Below are positions 30,696 through 39,100 of a DNA stretch of 63,492 nt, one piece after another; the stretch's first letter is position 1; each line of letters opens with the position of its first letter. The DNA is from Chloroflexota bacterium (GTDB taxonomy: Bacteria; Chloroflexota; Dehalococcoidia; DSTF01; RBG-16-68-14). The notes below the pieces were generated by a model, which made no database searches, was not told the DNA's origin, and saw only the letters and a program-made list of their open reading frames with translations. A program made the position numbers and the translations under genes. The stretch covers positions 1 through 63,492 of the forward strand of contig JADFPV010000004.1 of NCBI GenBank assembly GCA_022562155.1, given 5' to 3'.

Positions 30696-31157
30696 CTACT
30701 TGACGATGAGTGTCGCCGTCATCTGAGAGGTGTGTATCTGGCACCAAACAAAATAGTCGGCGGCGGGTAGCGGTGTCACTGACAGCTCCTGTGAGATGGG
30801 ACCGGCCTCGATCTCCGTCGCGAAGAGCGGATCGTCACCGTCCATCGCCTGATCCTCATCGAGGAAGATCGCGATATTGTGCGGTGTACGGTCATCCAGG
30901 TTGTCGAAAGCGATTATGAACGAAACGGCTGCGGGCGCCTCAATGACGTCCGGCGTGAAGCTGATGTTTTGAGCCGTGACTTCGAGTTGAACCGGCTCTA
31001 CATCGGCGTTGGCATCATCGGGGGAGGTAGGCAGCGGTTCTGAGGCCTCCGTCGCCGCTGGCGTTTCTCCATCGTCATCATCGTCGTTGCAGGCGGCGAG
31101 CGCCATCATGAGCGCGGGCAGCGCTACGAACAGAACGAGCCATCTAACGTGCGTCAT
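30696..31157 (-). CDS. cupredoxin-like (blue copper) lipoprotein
   Basis: Lipobox LAAC, poly-Asp linker, PHN...WCQIHTSQM ligand pattern (His, Cys-x2-His-x3-Met). Confidence 0.7.
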   Translation of the reverse strand: MTHVRWLVLFVALPALMMALAACNDDDDDGETPAATEASEPLPTSPDDANADVEPVQLEVTAQNISFTPDVIEAPAAVSFIIAFDNLDDRTPHNIAIFLDEDQAMDGDDPLFATEIEAGPISQELSVTPLPAADYFVWCQIHTSQMTATLIVK

Positions 31158-31293
31158 CGGTTCCCTCCCTCGCTAAAGCTCACCCAATTGTCCCTGTTGG
31201 AAGCTGTGGGTGCAAGAGAACGTGCCAATCGGCAGGGGTCGCAGGGGCCATGTGAAAGCGAAGACGCCCCACGCTCCACGCTATACTCCAGGA

Positions 31294-31938
31294 ATGCATG
31301 CTGAGGCGCTAGCGTTCGAACGTCCCGCGCTCCGCGGAACGCTGCATCTCTTCGCCGCGTTCGCGGCGATCGGGGGCACGGTCTGGATGCTGCTGATCGC
31401 GGACTCCCCGACAGGCTACGTCAGCGCCGCGATCTTCGGCGCCAGCCTGATGCTGCTCTACGGTACGAGCGCAACCTACCATCAAGTGCCCTGGCCAGAG
31501 GCCTGGCGGCACATTCCCAAGCGCCTGGACCACGCCGCCATCTTCCTGCTGATCGCCGGAACGTACACACCCTTCTGCCTGAACGTTAGCCTCGCCTGGG
31601 GGATCCCGATGCTGTCGGTCGTTTGGAGCTTGGCGGCGGCGGGCTCGCTCATGAGCCTCGTATGGCCGTACGCGCCGCGCTGGCTGAACTTCGCGCTCTA
31701 CGCCGGGCTCGGCTGGGTAGGTATCGTCGGCGTTTCTGCGGCCATCGCGGCGTACGCCACCAGCCCCATCGCGCTGCTGCTCGCCGGCGGCATGATGTAC
31801 ATGGTCGGTGGGGCGATCTACGCAGCGCGCAGGCCCGACCCGTGGCCGCGTGTGTTCGGCTTCCACGAGGTGTTCCACACCTTCGTCGTCGCCGGCAGCA
31901 TTTTCCACTTCGCGGCCATCGCCATCTACGTCATCTAG
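31294..31938 (+). CDS. hemolysin III / PAQR family membrane protein
   Basis: 7-TM pattern, SATYH...LDHAAIFLLIAGTYTPF...FHTFV motifs. ATG 31294. Confidence 0.85.
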   Translation: MHAEALAFERPALRGTLHLFAAFAAIGGTVWMLLIADSPTGYVSAAIFGASLMLLYGTSATYHQVPWPEAWRHIPKRLDHAAIFLLIAGTYTPFCLNVSLAWGIPMLSVVWSLAAAGSLMSLVWPYAPRWLNFALYAGLGWVGIVGVSAAIAAYATSPIALLLAGGMMYMVGGAIYAARRPDPWPRVFGFHEVFHTFVVAGSIFHFAAIAIYVI

Positions 31939-31965
31939 CCATCGCGCCCGAGTGCCATCTCTCCC

Positions 31966-31994
31966 TTGATCATCTAGCACGACTGTTCTATTTT
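31966..31994 (+). promoter_or_regulatory. promoter P2 with embedded LexA-like box (TTGATC-atct-AGCACGACTGTTCT-ATTTT)
   Basis: -35 31966-31971, 17-nt spacer, -10 TATTTT 31989-31994. Box 31976-31989 has one mismatch. Same geometry as P1 and P3. Confidence 0.45.
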
Positions 31995-32031
31995 CGGGCT
32001 ATCGTCCCGATTCTTAGCAGGAGGTGCGCAC

Positions 32032-32499
32032 ATGACCCAGGAACTGACCGCCACACAGGAGGAGCTGGCTGCCACCAAGGCCGAGCTGGAGGCGCTGCAA
32101 GAGACTGTCGCCGACGCGGAAGCGCGCGCGACGCATCTCGATTCGCAGCTCACGCAGGCGAACGAGGAGCTAGAGGTAGCCCGCGGCGAGAGCGAAACGC
32201 GCGAGCAGGACCTGACCGCGCAACTGCGGTCGGCGGCCGAGCGCTATCGAGAGCTGGCGTTGGAGCAGACGCCGGAGCTGCCAGCCGAGCTGGTGTCGGG
32301 CGCGACGGTCGACGAGATCGACGAGTCGCTGGAGCGCGCCCGCGAGACCGTCTCCAAGGTGCGCGGGCATCTGGAATCACAGGCCCAGGCCGGCAGGGTG
32401 CCGGTCGGCGCGCCGCCCCGGTCCGAGCCGGACCTCTCCGGTCTGAGCACCGAAGAGAAGATCAGCTACGGCCTGCAGCATAGGAACGCGACAGGCTGA
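32032..32499 (+). CDS. phage scaffold-like acidic coiled-coil protein
   Basis: 155 aa, E/A/L-rich heptad-like sequence directly upstream of the capsid gene. AGGAGG RBS. Confidence 0.5.
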   Translation: MTQELTATQEELAATKAELEALQETVADAEARATHLDSQLTQANEELEVARGESETREQDLTAQLRSAAERYRELALEQTPELPAELVSGATVDEIDESLERARETVSKVRGHLESQAQAGRVPVGAPPRSEPDLSGLSTEEKISYGLQHRNATG

Positions 32500-32519
32500 A
32501 GCCTGTCCCACGGACACGG

Positions 32520-32557
32520 ACACAGAGCGCCTCTGACGAATCAGAGGCGCTCTGTGT
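32520..32557 (+). terminator. 17-bp perfect hairpin between scaffold and capsid genes (no U-tract)
   Basis: ACACAGAGCGCCTCTGA-cgaa-TCAGAGGCGCTCTGTGT. Confidence 0.45.
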
Positions 32558-32567
32558 CATCGACACG

Positions 32568-32596
32568 TTGGTGATCGCTAGATCACGACCTATGCT
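32568..32596 (+). promoter_or_regulatory. putative capsid-gene promoter with GTGATC-N4-GATCAC palindrome in the spacer
   Basis: TTGGTG-17 nt-TATGCT. Palindrome at 32571-32586. Confidence 0.3.
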
Positions 32597-32651
32597 GGCA
32601 GACGTCGTCCCCATCTGGCGGGACGAGCTTTAGAACAGAAGGAGACAGCAC

Positions 32652-33551
32652 ATGGCCCTTACCCTAGCGGAGTCCGCGAAGCTCTCGACCGACATGATCC
32701 TGGCGGGCGTGATCGAAACCGTGATCAAGGAGGAGCACATCCTCGACCAACTCCCGTTCGTGGAGGTGGTCGGCACCAGCTTCGTCTACAACCGGCTGAA
32801 CACGGAGCCGACCGTCTCGTTCCTGGATGTCGGCGACACCTGGACGGAGGACACGCCCGACTTCACGCAGCTCTCGGTCCAGCTCAAGATCCTCGGCGGC
32901 GACGCGGACGTCGACAACTTCATCCAGGCTAGCCGCGTCAACGTCCAGGACATCGAAGGCGCGGTGATCCTGCAGAAGGCGAAGGCGCTGGCCCGCACGT
33001 GGGCCGACACGTTCGTCAACGGCGACACGGGTTCGGACCCGAAGGAATTCGACGGCATCGACAAGATCTGCGCCGGCTTGCCGGCGTCGCAGACCATCTC
33101 AATGGGCACGAACGGCGGCACGCTCACGCTCGCCAAGCTCGACGAGATGATCGACGCGGTAAGGACGAAGAACATCGCGCTGATCATGTCGCGGCGCACG
33201 CGGCGGACGCTCCAGAGTTTGATCCGCACCAGCGGCGCGATCTTGGAGTCGCGGCCGGGCGCGTTCCTGGAGTGGGTGCAGCTCTACAACGGCGTCCCGA
33301 TCTTCATCAACGACTACATCTCCAACGCGCAGACGGTCGGCACGTCCAGCGACTGCAGCACCGTCTACTGCTTCACGATGGGCGAAGCAGATCAGGGCGT
33401 CATCGGGCTCACCGCACCTGGCGGGATGCAGGTGGAGCAGATCGGCGAACTGGAGTCGAAGGACGCGACGCGCCACCGCGTGAAGTGGTACAGCGCCATC
33501 GCGGTGCTGAGCACGCTCTCGCTGGCGCGCCTCATCGGCGTGCGGCCGTAA
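32652..33551 (+). CDS. phage major capsid protein (HK97-fold-like)
   Basis: 299 aa. Pattern resembling HK97-family coat proteins (KEFDGIDK, TLAKLDEMIDAV, LYNGVPIFIND). Follows the scaffold-like gene. AAGGAG RBS. Confidence 0.7.
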   Translation: MALTLAESAKLSTDMILAGVIETVIKEEHILDQLPFVEVVGTSFVYNRLNTEPTVSFLDVGDTWTEDTPDFTQLSVQLKILGGDADVDNFIQASRVNVQDIEGAVILQKAKALARTWADTFVNGDTGSDPKEFDGIDKICAGLPASQTISMGTNGGTLTLAKLDEMIDAVRTKNIALIMSRRTRRTLQSLIRTSGAILESRPGAFLEWVQLYNGVPIFINDYISNAQTVGTSSDCSTVYCFTMGEADQGVIGLTAPGGMQVEQIGELESKDATRHRVKWYSAIAVLSTLSLARLIGVRP

Positions 33552-33570
33552 GCGCCGCCTCCCTACCGAG

Positions 33571-33602
33571 CAGAGAAGGCCTGAGAAATCGGGCCTTCTC
33601 TG
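33571..33602 (+). terminator. hairpin terminator after the capsid gene
   Basis: CAGAGAAGGCC-loop-GGCCTTCTCTG. Confidence 0.55.
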
Positions 33603-33650
33603 TACCTTGATATCTCTTCTTGAGGGCGATCTTCCAATTTCCTTTTTCTC

Positions 33651-33668
33651 ACTTGACAAACAGCACGT
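33651..33668 (+). repeat. direct repeat DR1 (ACTTGACAAACAGCACGT), truncated copy of the imuB promoter/operator
   Basis: 17/18 identical to 33930-33947, 279 nt apart, bracketing higA. Confidence 0.8.
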
Positions 33669-33671
33669 GAT

Positions 33672-33914
33672 ATGGCGATCCCACCCGGCGAGATCCTGGC
33701 CGAGGAGCTTGAGGCACGGAGCATGACCCAACGCCAGCTCGCTGAGGAGCTGGGACGGCCGGCGCAGGTGATCAACGAGATCATCAAAGGCAAGAAGGCG
33801 ATCACCCCCGCGACGGCGCTTCAGCTCGAGGACGCCCTCGGGCCGTCAGCGGAATTCTGGATGGGCCTCCAGACGACGTACGGGCTTACTCTCGCTCGTG
33901 CCGCGCGCGCTTAA
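33672..33914 (+). CDS. higA: HigA-family antitoxin / XRE HTH protein (no adjacent toxin)
   Basis: PPGEILAEELEARSMTQRQLAEELGRPAQVINEIIKGKKAITPATALQLEDALG is typical HigA/VapI. Confidence 0.8.
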   Translation: MAIPPGEILAEELEARSMTQRQLAEELGRPAQVINEIIKGKKAITPATALQLEDALGPSAEFWMGLQTTYGLTLARAARA

Positions 33915-33929
33915 TCATCTCCCTTCTGT

Positions 33930-33947
33930 ACTTGACAAACAGAACGT
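33930..33947 (+). repeat. direct repeat DR2 (ACTTGACAAACAGAACGT)
   Basis: Partner of DR1. Part of promoter P3. Confidence 0.8.
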
Positions 33948-33959
33948 CTGTTCTATATC
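33932..33959 (+). promoter_or_regulatory. promoter P3 with perfect LexA/Cheo-type palindrome (TTGACA-aac-AGAACGTCTGTTCT-ATATC) upstream of imuB
   Basis: -35 33932-33937, box 33941-33954, -10 TATATC 33954-33959. Confidence 0.6.
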
Positions 33960-34005
33960 CTGATAGCTACCCCGTGCGAGCGAGCCTAACCGAAGGGCCT
34001 TAGAT

Positions 34006-35169
34006 GTGCGCATCGCCTGTGTCCGCATCCCCTGCTTCACCGTCGCCGTCGAGCGGCGGGCCAACCCCCAGCTGGAGGAGCAGCCGCTTGTGGTCTACGA
34101 CCGTAGCGGTGTGCTCGACGCGTCGCCGGAGGCGACGGGCGTCCAGCGCGGGCTGCCGCTGCGCCAGGCGAAGGCGCTCTGTCCCACCGCCATCTTCGCT
34201 CAGGCAAACGTCTCCCTTTACCGCGATGTCGCCGAGGCGATGCTCGACGCCATCGAGGAGGTCAGCCCGCAGGTCGAGGAGGCCGAGGCGGGCGCGGCCT
34301 ACGCCGACGTCGGGGGCCTGGACGGCCACTACGAGAACGAGTTTGCGCTGGCGGGCTCGCTGATCGAGGCCGTCCGGCAGGCCACAGGCTTGCTCGCGGC
34401 GGCGGGCGTCGCTGAGGGCAAGTTCGCATCGTGGGTGGCGGCGTCGATGACCACACCAGGCGACGCCGGCATTGTGCCGTCAGGCAAGGAGCAGGAGTTC
34501 CTGCGCGACAAGCCAGTCACGTTCCTGCCCGCCGAATTGGAGACGCTCCAGCGACTCGACCTGCTCGCATTAACCACGCTGGGCGACGTCGCCACGCTGC
34601 CGCAGACGGCAGTCGAAGCGCAATTCCGCAGCCCTAGGCTCTGGGAGCTGGCGAACGGCATCGACCGCGACGCGCTGCGGCCGCGCAAGCGACAGGAAAT
34701 CCTGCGCGAGCGGCTGAGCTTCGATGCGCCGGTCGCCGTGTCTGAGGCGCTGGTGCTGGCGAGCAAGCAACTGCTGAGGCGGCTGGTGCGGCGGTTGCGT
34801 GGCCGGACGGCGCGCCGCATGCACATCCAACTCCTGGCGGACGAGCGCATCGTCTGGGAGAAGCTGGAGACGTTCCGGGAGCCGACAAGCGACGAGCGCC
34901 TGATCATGCTCGTCATCAAGACCCGGCTCTCGCTGCTGGAGCTGCCGCAGGCGATCGATACGGTCGCCATCAGCCTGACGGGCATCGGGCGGGAGACGGC
35001 GAAGCAAACGAAGCTCTTCACCGACACGAAGAACCTGAACCAGATCGCGGACGCTATCAAACAGCTCCAGGCCCGTTACGGCCGGCCGATGATCTGGCGC
35101 GTTAAGGAGGTGGACCCATCGTCGCGACATCCCGAGGAGCGGATCGCGCTCCTACCCTACGACGTCTAA
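34006..35169 (+). CDS. imuB: ImuB-like Y-family DNA polymerase (catalytic carboxylates missing)
   Basis: MRIACVRIPCF...VVYD...RGLPLRQAKALCP aligns to the DinB/ImuB N-terminus but has RIP instead of DxD and EAGAAYADV instead of SIDEAxLDV. GTG start. Confidence 0.7.
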   Translation: MRIACVRIPCFTVAVERRANPQLEEQPLVVYDRSGVLDASPEATGVQRGLPLRQAKALCPTAIFAQANVSLYRDVAEAMLDAIEEVSPQVEEAEAGAAYADVGGLDGHYENEFALAGSLIEAVRQATGLLAAAGVAEGKFASWVAASMTTPGDAGIVPSGKEQEFLRDKPVTFLPAELETLQRLDLLALTTLGDVATLPQTAVEAQFRSPRLWELANGIDRDALRPRKRQEILRERLSFDAPVAVSEALVLASKQLLRRLVRRLRGRTARRMHIQLLADERIVWEKLETFREPTSDERLIMLVIKTRLSLLELPQAIDTVAISLTGIGRETAKQTKLFTDTKNLNQIADAIKQLQARYGRPMIWRVKEVDPSSRHPEERIALLPYDV

Positions 35170-35189
35170 ACACACCTCGGTCCGTCGAA

Positions 35190-35408
35190 GTGCGTGCGGG
35201 CGCGGACGGCGTCCCAACCGCGCTGCTGCGCAATCGAGACTGGCGTGCCGTCGTCGATGTGCTGGACCGCTACCGGACTGTCGACCGCTGGTGGACGTCG
35301 GAGCCGGTCTCGCGCACCTACTACGATCTGCTGCTAGAGGACGGCCGCACCGTGACGGTCTATCGCGATCACGTCGGGAAGGAGTGGTACGAGCAGCGCT
35401 ATGGGTAA
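35190..35408 (+). CDS. small Trp-rich conserved protein of the imuB-dnaE2 cassette
   Basis: 72 aa, DRWWTSEPVSRTYYDLLLEDGRTVTVYRD...EWYEQRYG. Function unknown. GTG start uncertain. Confidence 0.4.
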   Translation: MRAGADGVPTALLRNRDWRAVVDVLDRYRTVDRWWTSEPVSRTYYDLLLEDGRTVTVYRDHVGKEWYEQRYG

Positions 35409-35421
35409 TTCAGCGAAGGCA

Positions 35422-35844
35422 TTATTCGTCGCGCGTCAGCCACTCGATGCTCACCAGATGCTCCACCTGCTGGAAGTCTGGGTCGCCGGTGACGACAGAC
35501 CCGCCCAGCCGTTGCGCCAGCGCCGTCGCGATGCAGTCGGCGTACGACATCTTGTAGATAGCCCTGTGACGCGCGGCCACCAGCGCAAGTGCGCGATCGA
35601 CGTCGACCACGCCGATCTGGTACTCGATAATCTTCCCCAATACGCCCTCGACTCGCTCGAATCCGAACTCCCGCTCGGTCCGGTAGGCCACCTCGCCCAG
35701 GTTTATAGTGGCGATAGAGATTCGGACTTCTCCTCGTTGAGCCAATCGGAGGAGGTCTTCGACCGCACCCGCCGCCACTTCATCCCTAAACAGCGCCAGC
35801 AGCGCGAAGCTGTCGAAGACGTACGAGGGAGTCCCAGAGATCAC
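35422..35844 (-). CDS. vapC: PIN-domain toxin VapC
   Basis: YVFDSFALLALF..., INLGEV, YADCIATALA, VTGDPDF: PIN acidic residues. GTGA overlap with vapB. Confidence 0.85.
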   Translation of the reverse strand: MISGTPSYVFDSFALLALFRDEVAAGAVEDLLRLAQRGEVRISIATINLGEVAYRTEREFGFERVEGVLGKIIEYQIGVVDVDRALALVAARHRAIYKMSYADCIATALAQRLGGSVVTGDPDFQQVEHLVSIEWLTRDE

Positions 35845-36107
35845 GACCGCGGCTTAGGACGCCGCATCTTGCTCTCTTCCTTCTCGTACTCCCAGCGTCG
35901 ATCCTCCAGCAGCCCCTCGGTGCCAGTACCACCCTTCAACATTCCGCGTCCCTCTTCGATCGGGTCTCCCTTGGAGGCAGGGATGATCATGATGGTCCCG
36001 TAGTCGTCGATGATGTGTACTTTGTCGCCCTTCTTCAGACCGAATCGCTCCCGAACCTCTTTCGGAATGACGACCCAGCCTTTCTCAGAGACAGTTACTG
36101 TAGCCAC
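35841..36107 (-). CDS. vapB: AbrB/MazE/SpoVT-family antitoxin VapB
   Basis: VTVSEKGWVVIPKEVRERFGLKKGDKV swapped-hairpin motif. Confidence 0.8.
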   Translation of the reverse strand: MATVTVSEKGWVVIPKEVRERFGLKKGDKVHIIDDYGTIMIIPASKGDPIEEGRGMLKGGTGTEGLLEDRRWEYEKEESKMRRPKPRS

Positions 36108-36119
36108 GATTCATTCTTT

Positions 36120-36129
36120 CGTATATACG
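36120..36129. promoter_or_regulatory. AT-rich palindrome CGTATATACG in the vapBC/dnaE2 divergent region
   Basis: Perfect 10-nt palindrome in a local GC dip. Possible VapB operator. Confidence 0.25.
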
Positions 36130-36199
36130 GTATCCATTTTTATATCTACGATTCTGTTTTTAGTATACACATCTGCAACGAGCGTGGCAATACACTGAG

Positions 36200-39100
36200 A
36201 TGGCATCGTACGTAGAACTCCACTGCCATTCCTGCTTCTCCTTCAGGGAAGGCGCCTCCACGCCGCTGGAGTTGGTGCTACAGGCGCGTAAGCTCGGCTA
36301 CCCGGCGTTGGCGCTGACTGACCACGATGGCCTGGCCGGCGCAATGGAGTTCGCGCAGACGGCTAAGGAGTGGGAGGTGCAGCCGATCATCGGGTCGGAG
36401 ATCACGTTCCAAAGCGGTACACACCTCACGCTGCTCGCGGAGACACCGCGTGGCTACGCGAACTTAAGCCGCCTGCTCTCGATCGCGCACCTCGAGAGCC
36501 CGCGGGGCGAGCCGTCGCTCGATCCCGCAGCGCTGGAAGGCCACACAGAAGGCCTGATCGCGCTCTCGGGCTGTCAACATGGCGAGGTGCCCCGGCTCGC
36601 CTCCCACGACGCAGTCGGGGCCCGCGCGGCCGCGCAGCGCTATCGCGATCTGTTCGGTCGAGAGCACTTCTTCATCGAGCTGCAGCAGAACCTGGTCTAC
36701 GGCGACCGGCCGCGCAACCGCGGGCTCGTCGAGCTGGCTAGGGAGCTGGACATTCCGATCGTCGCGACGAACAACGTCCACTACCACCAGCAGTCGCGCC
36801 ACCGGCTACAGGACGTACTGGTCGCCGTCCGGCATCGCACAACGCTGGACGCCTCGGAACGGCAGCGGCGCAACAACGCGGAGTTCTACCTGAAGTCGCC
36901 GGGGCAGATGGCTGAGCTGTTCTCGGAGCTGCCGAAAGCGATCAAGAACACGCTCGCGATCGCGGAGCGCTGCGTCTTCGATCTCACTCGCGACCTGACC
37001 TATCAGTTCCCGGACTTCGATGCGCCGCCCGGCAAGACGGCCGACGAGTTCTTGGAGGAGGTCTGCATGGCCAGTGCCCGCGAACTCTACGGCTGGGCCG
37101 CGCCACAGGCCGAAGAGCGCATCAAGCACGAGCTGGCCCTGATCCAGCAGGCGGGGCAGGCCGGCTTCTTCCTCCGCAACTGGGAGCTGATGCGCTACGC
37201 CCACGACAACGACCTGCCCGCCCGCGGTCGCGGCTCCTCCGTAGGATCGCTGGTGTGCTACCTGCTAGGGCTTTCCGGCATCGATCCGATTAAGTACAAC
37301 CTCTTCGTCGGGCGCTTCCTCAACGAAGCGCGCCAGAAGGAAGACGTGCCCGACATCGACCTCGATTTCGCGCGCGAGGCGCGCGAGCGCATGTTCGAGC
37401 ACGTCTTCGAGACTTACGGCACCGAGCACGCCGCGCTCGTCGCGAATGTGATCCAGTATCGCTACCCGATGGCCATCCGCGACGTCGGTAAGGCGCTCGG
37501 GCTGCCCGAAGCCGACATCGACAAGCTGGCGAAACGCATGCGCGGCCGCTTCGCACGCTCGCTCGACGAGGAGATGCGGTCGCTTCCGGAGTTCCGTCAA
37601 CGCATGAACGCGCCGGTCTGGCGCACGTTTGCGCAGCTGGTGGAGGAGCTGCGGGGCAAGCCGCGACACCTCAGCCAGCACTCCGGCGGCGTGATCATCT
37701 CTAGCACACCGATCGTGGAACAGGTGCCGGTGCAGCCCTCCGCGATGGACGGTCGCTACATCTGCCAGTGGGACAAGGACTCGGTGGCGGACGCGGGCTT
37801 TATCAAGATGGACTTCCTCGGCTATCCCAGCCTAGGCCACCTCTACCGCTCACTAAAGCTGATCGAGGAGCGCCATGGCCGCCGCATCGACCCGGTGCGC
37901 ATCCCGCTCGACGACCCGCAAGTCTACGAGATGATCCGGCGCGGCGACATCCTCGGCATCGTCCAGATCCAGAGTCGCGCGCAGCTCCAAGCGATCCTGC
38001 GGCTGGAGATCAATTCAATTGAGGACCTCGTGATCCAGGTCGCGCTGATCAGGCCTGGCCCCATACAGGGCGGGGCCGTCAACCCCTACATCGCCCGCTG
38101 CCAGGGCGTCGAGCCTGTCACGTACGACCACCCCTGCCTGGAACCAGTATTGAGCGAGACGAAGGGCGTGATCATCTTCCAGGAACAGGTACTGGAAGTC
38201 GCGATGGCCGTCGCGGGCTTCACCGCCGGCCAAGCCGAGACGTTGCGCAGAGCAATGAGTCGCAAGCGCTCACGTGAGGAGATGGAAAAGCTGCACGAGA
38301 CGTTCCTGGAGGGCGCGCGTAAACAGGGAAAGGTCGACGCAGCGACAGCGGAGAGCATCTACCAGAAGGTCCTGGCGTTCGCGGAGTTCGGGTTCCCGAA
38401 GGCGCACGCCGCCGCAATGGCGGAGACGGCCGGCAAACTCGCGTGGGTGAAGCGCTACTACCCGCTGGAGTTCTACTGCTCCTGGCTGAACGAGTGGCCC
38501 TTCGGGTTCTACAGCCCCGGCGTGATCACGAACGAAGCTCGGCGCAACGGTGTGGAGGTGCTCGGCGTCGACGCCAACCGCAGCCGGGCCGAGTGTTCGA
38601 TCGAAAAGGTGCCTGATGGAGACGAGGCGATCCGGCTGGGCTTCAACTACGTGAAGGGCATCGGCGAGGCGTGGCTGGCGCGGTTGGACGAAGAGCACTA
38701 CCGTCATGCCGAGCCCTTCGCTCCCGCTCAGGATAAACTCCGCGAGGCATCTAGCTCCTCGCGAACAACAGTTGATCTCAAAGGATCAGACCCCTCGCTT
38801 ACGCTCAGGGTGACAGACGCATCTCGTGACTACGCTACGGCCGATCGACAGATCGCCCCTCTCCCGTTCGCGGGAGAGGGGACGGGGGTGAGGGAGGAAC
38901 GCGAACCTTACCCCGCAAAGACAGACCCTTCGCTAGCCCGTCATGCCGAGCCCTTCGCTCCCGCTCAGGATAAACTCCACGAGGCATCTAGCTCCTCGCG
39001 AACAACAGTTGATCTCAAAGGATCAGACCCCTCGCTCACGCTCGGGGTGACAGAGGCGCTGGTTCCTGGCCCCTACCTCTCCCTCTGGGACTTCTGGCGG

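Larger units (their letters stand above)
38701..39054 (+). mobile_element. REP/MITE-like composite insertion inside dnaE2
   Basis: Two 117-nt units (114/117 identical) 237 nt apart plus an 11-bp perfect hairpin. Translates to low-complexity peptides typical of repeat elements (FAPAQDKLREAS, PSLTLRVT, PLPFAGEGTGVRE). Confidence 0.5.

Noticed and set aside
31309-32483. ORFs 31309..31980 (-) and 31623..32483 (+) overlapping the hemolysin III and scaffold genes
   Set aside because: Arg/Gly/Pro-rich shadow frames. The competing frames have real membrane-protein and coiled-coil features plus RBSs.
33653-33674. DR1 TTGACA as the functional higA promoter
   Set aside because: Only 13 nt separate the hexamer from the ATG, so no -10 element can be placed even for a leaderless transcript. 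I treat it as a relic copy of P3.
36108-36199. SOS box directly upstream of dnaE2
   Set aside because: No GAAC-N4-GTTC-like element is present in this AT-rich spacer.
38701-39054. CRISPR array or intein as an explanation for the dnaE2 repeats
   Set aside because: There are only two long (117-nt) copies with a single 120-nt spacer and no cas genes, which is not CRISPR-like. No Cys/Ser...His-Asn intein junctions or endonuclease motifs are present.
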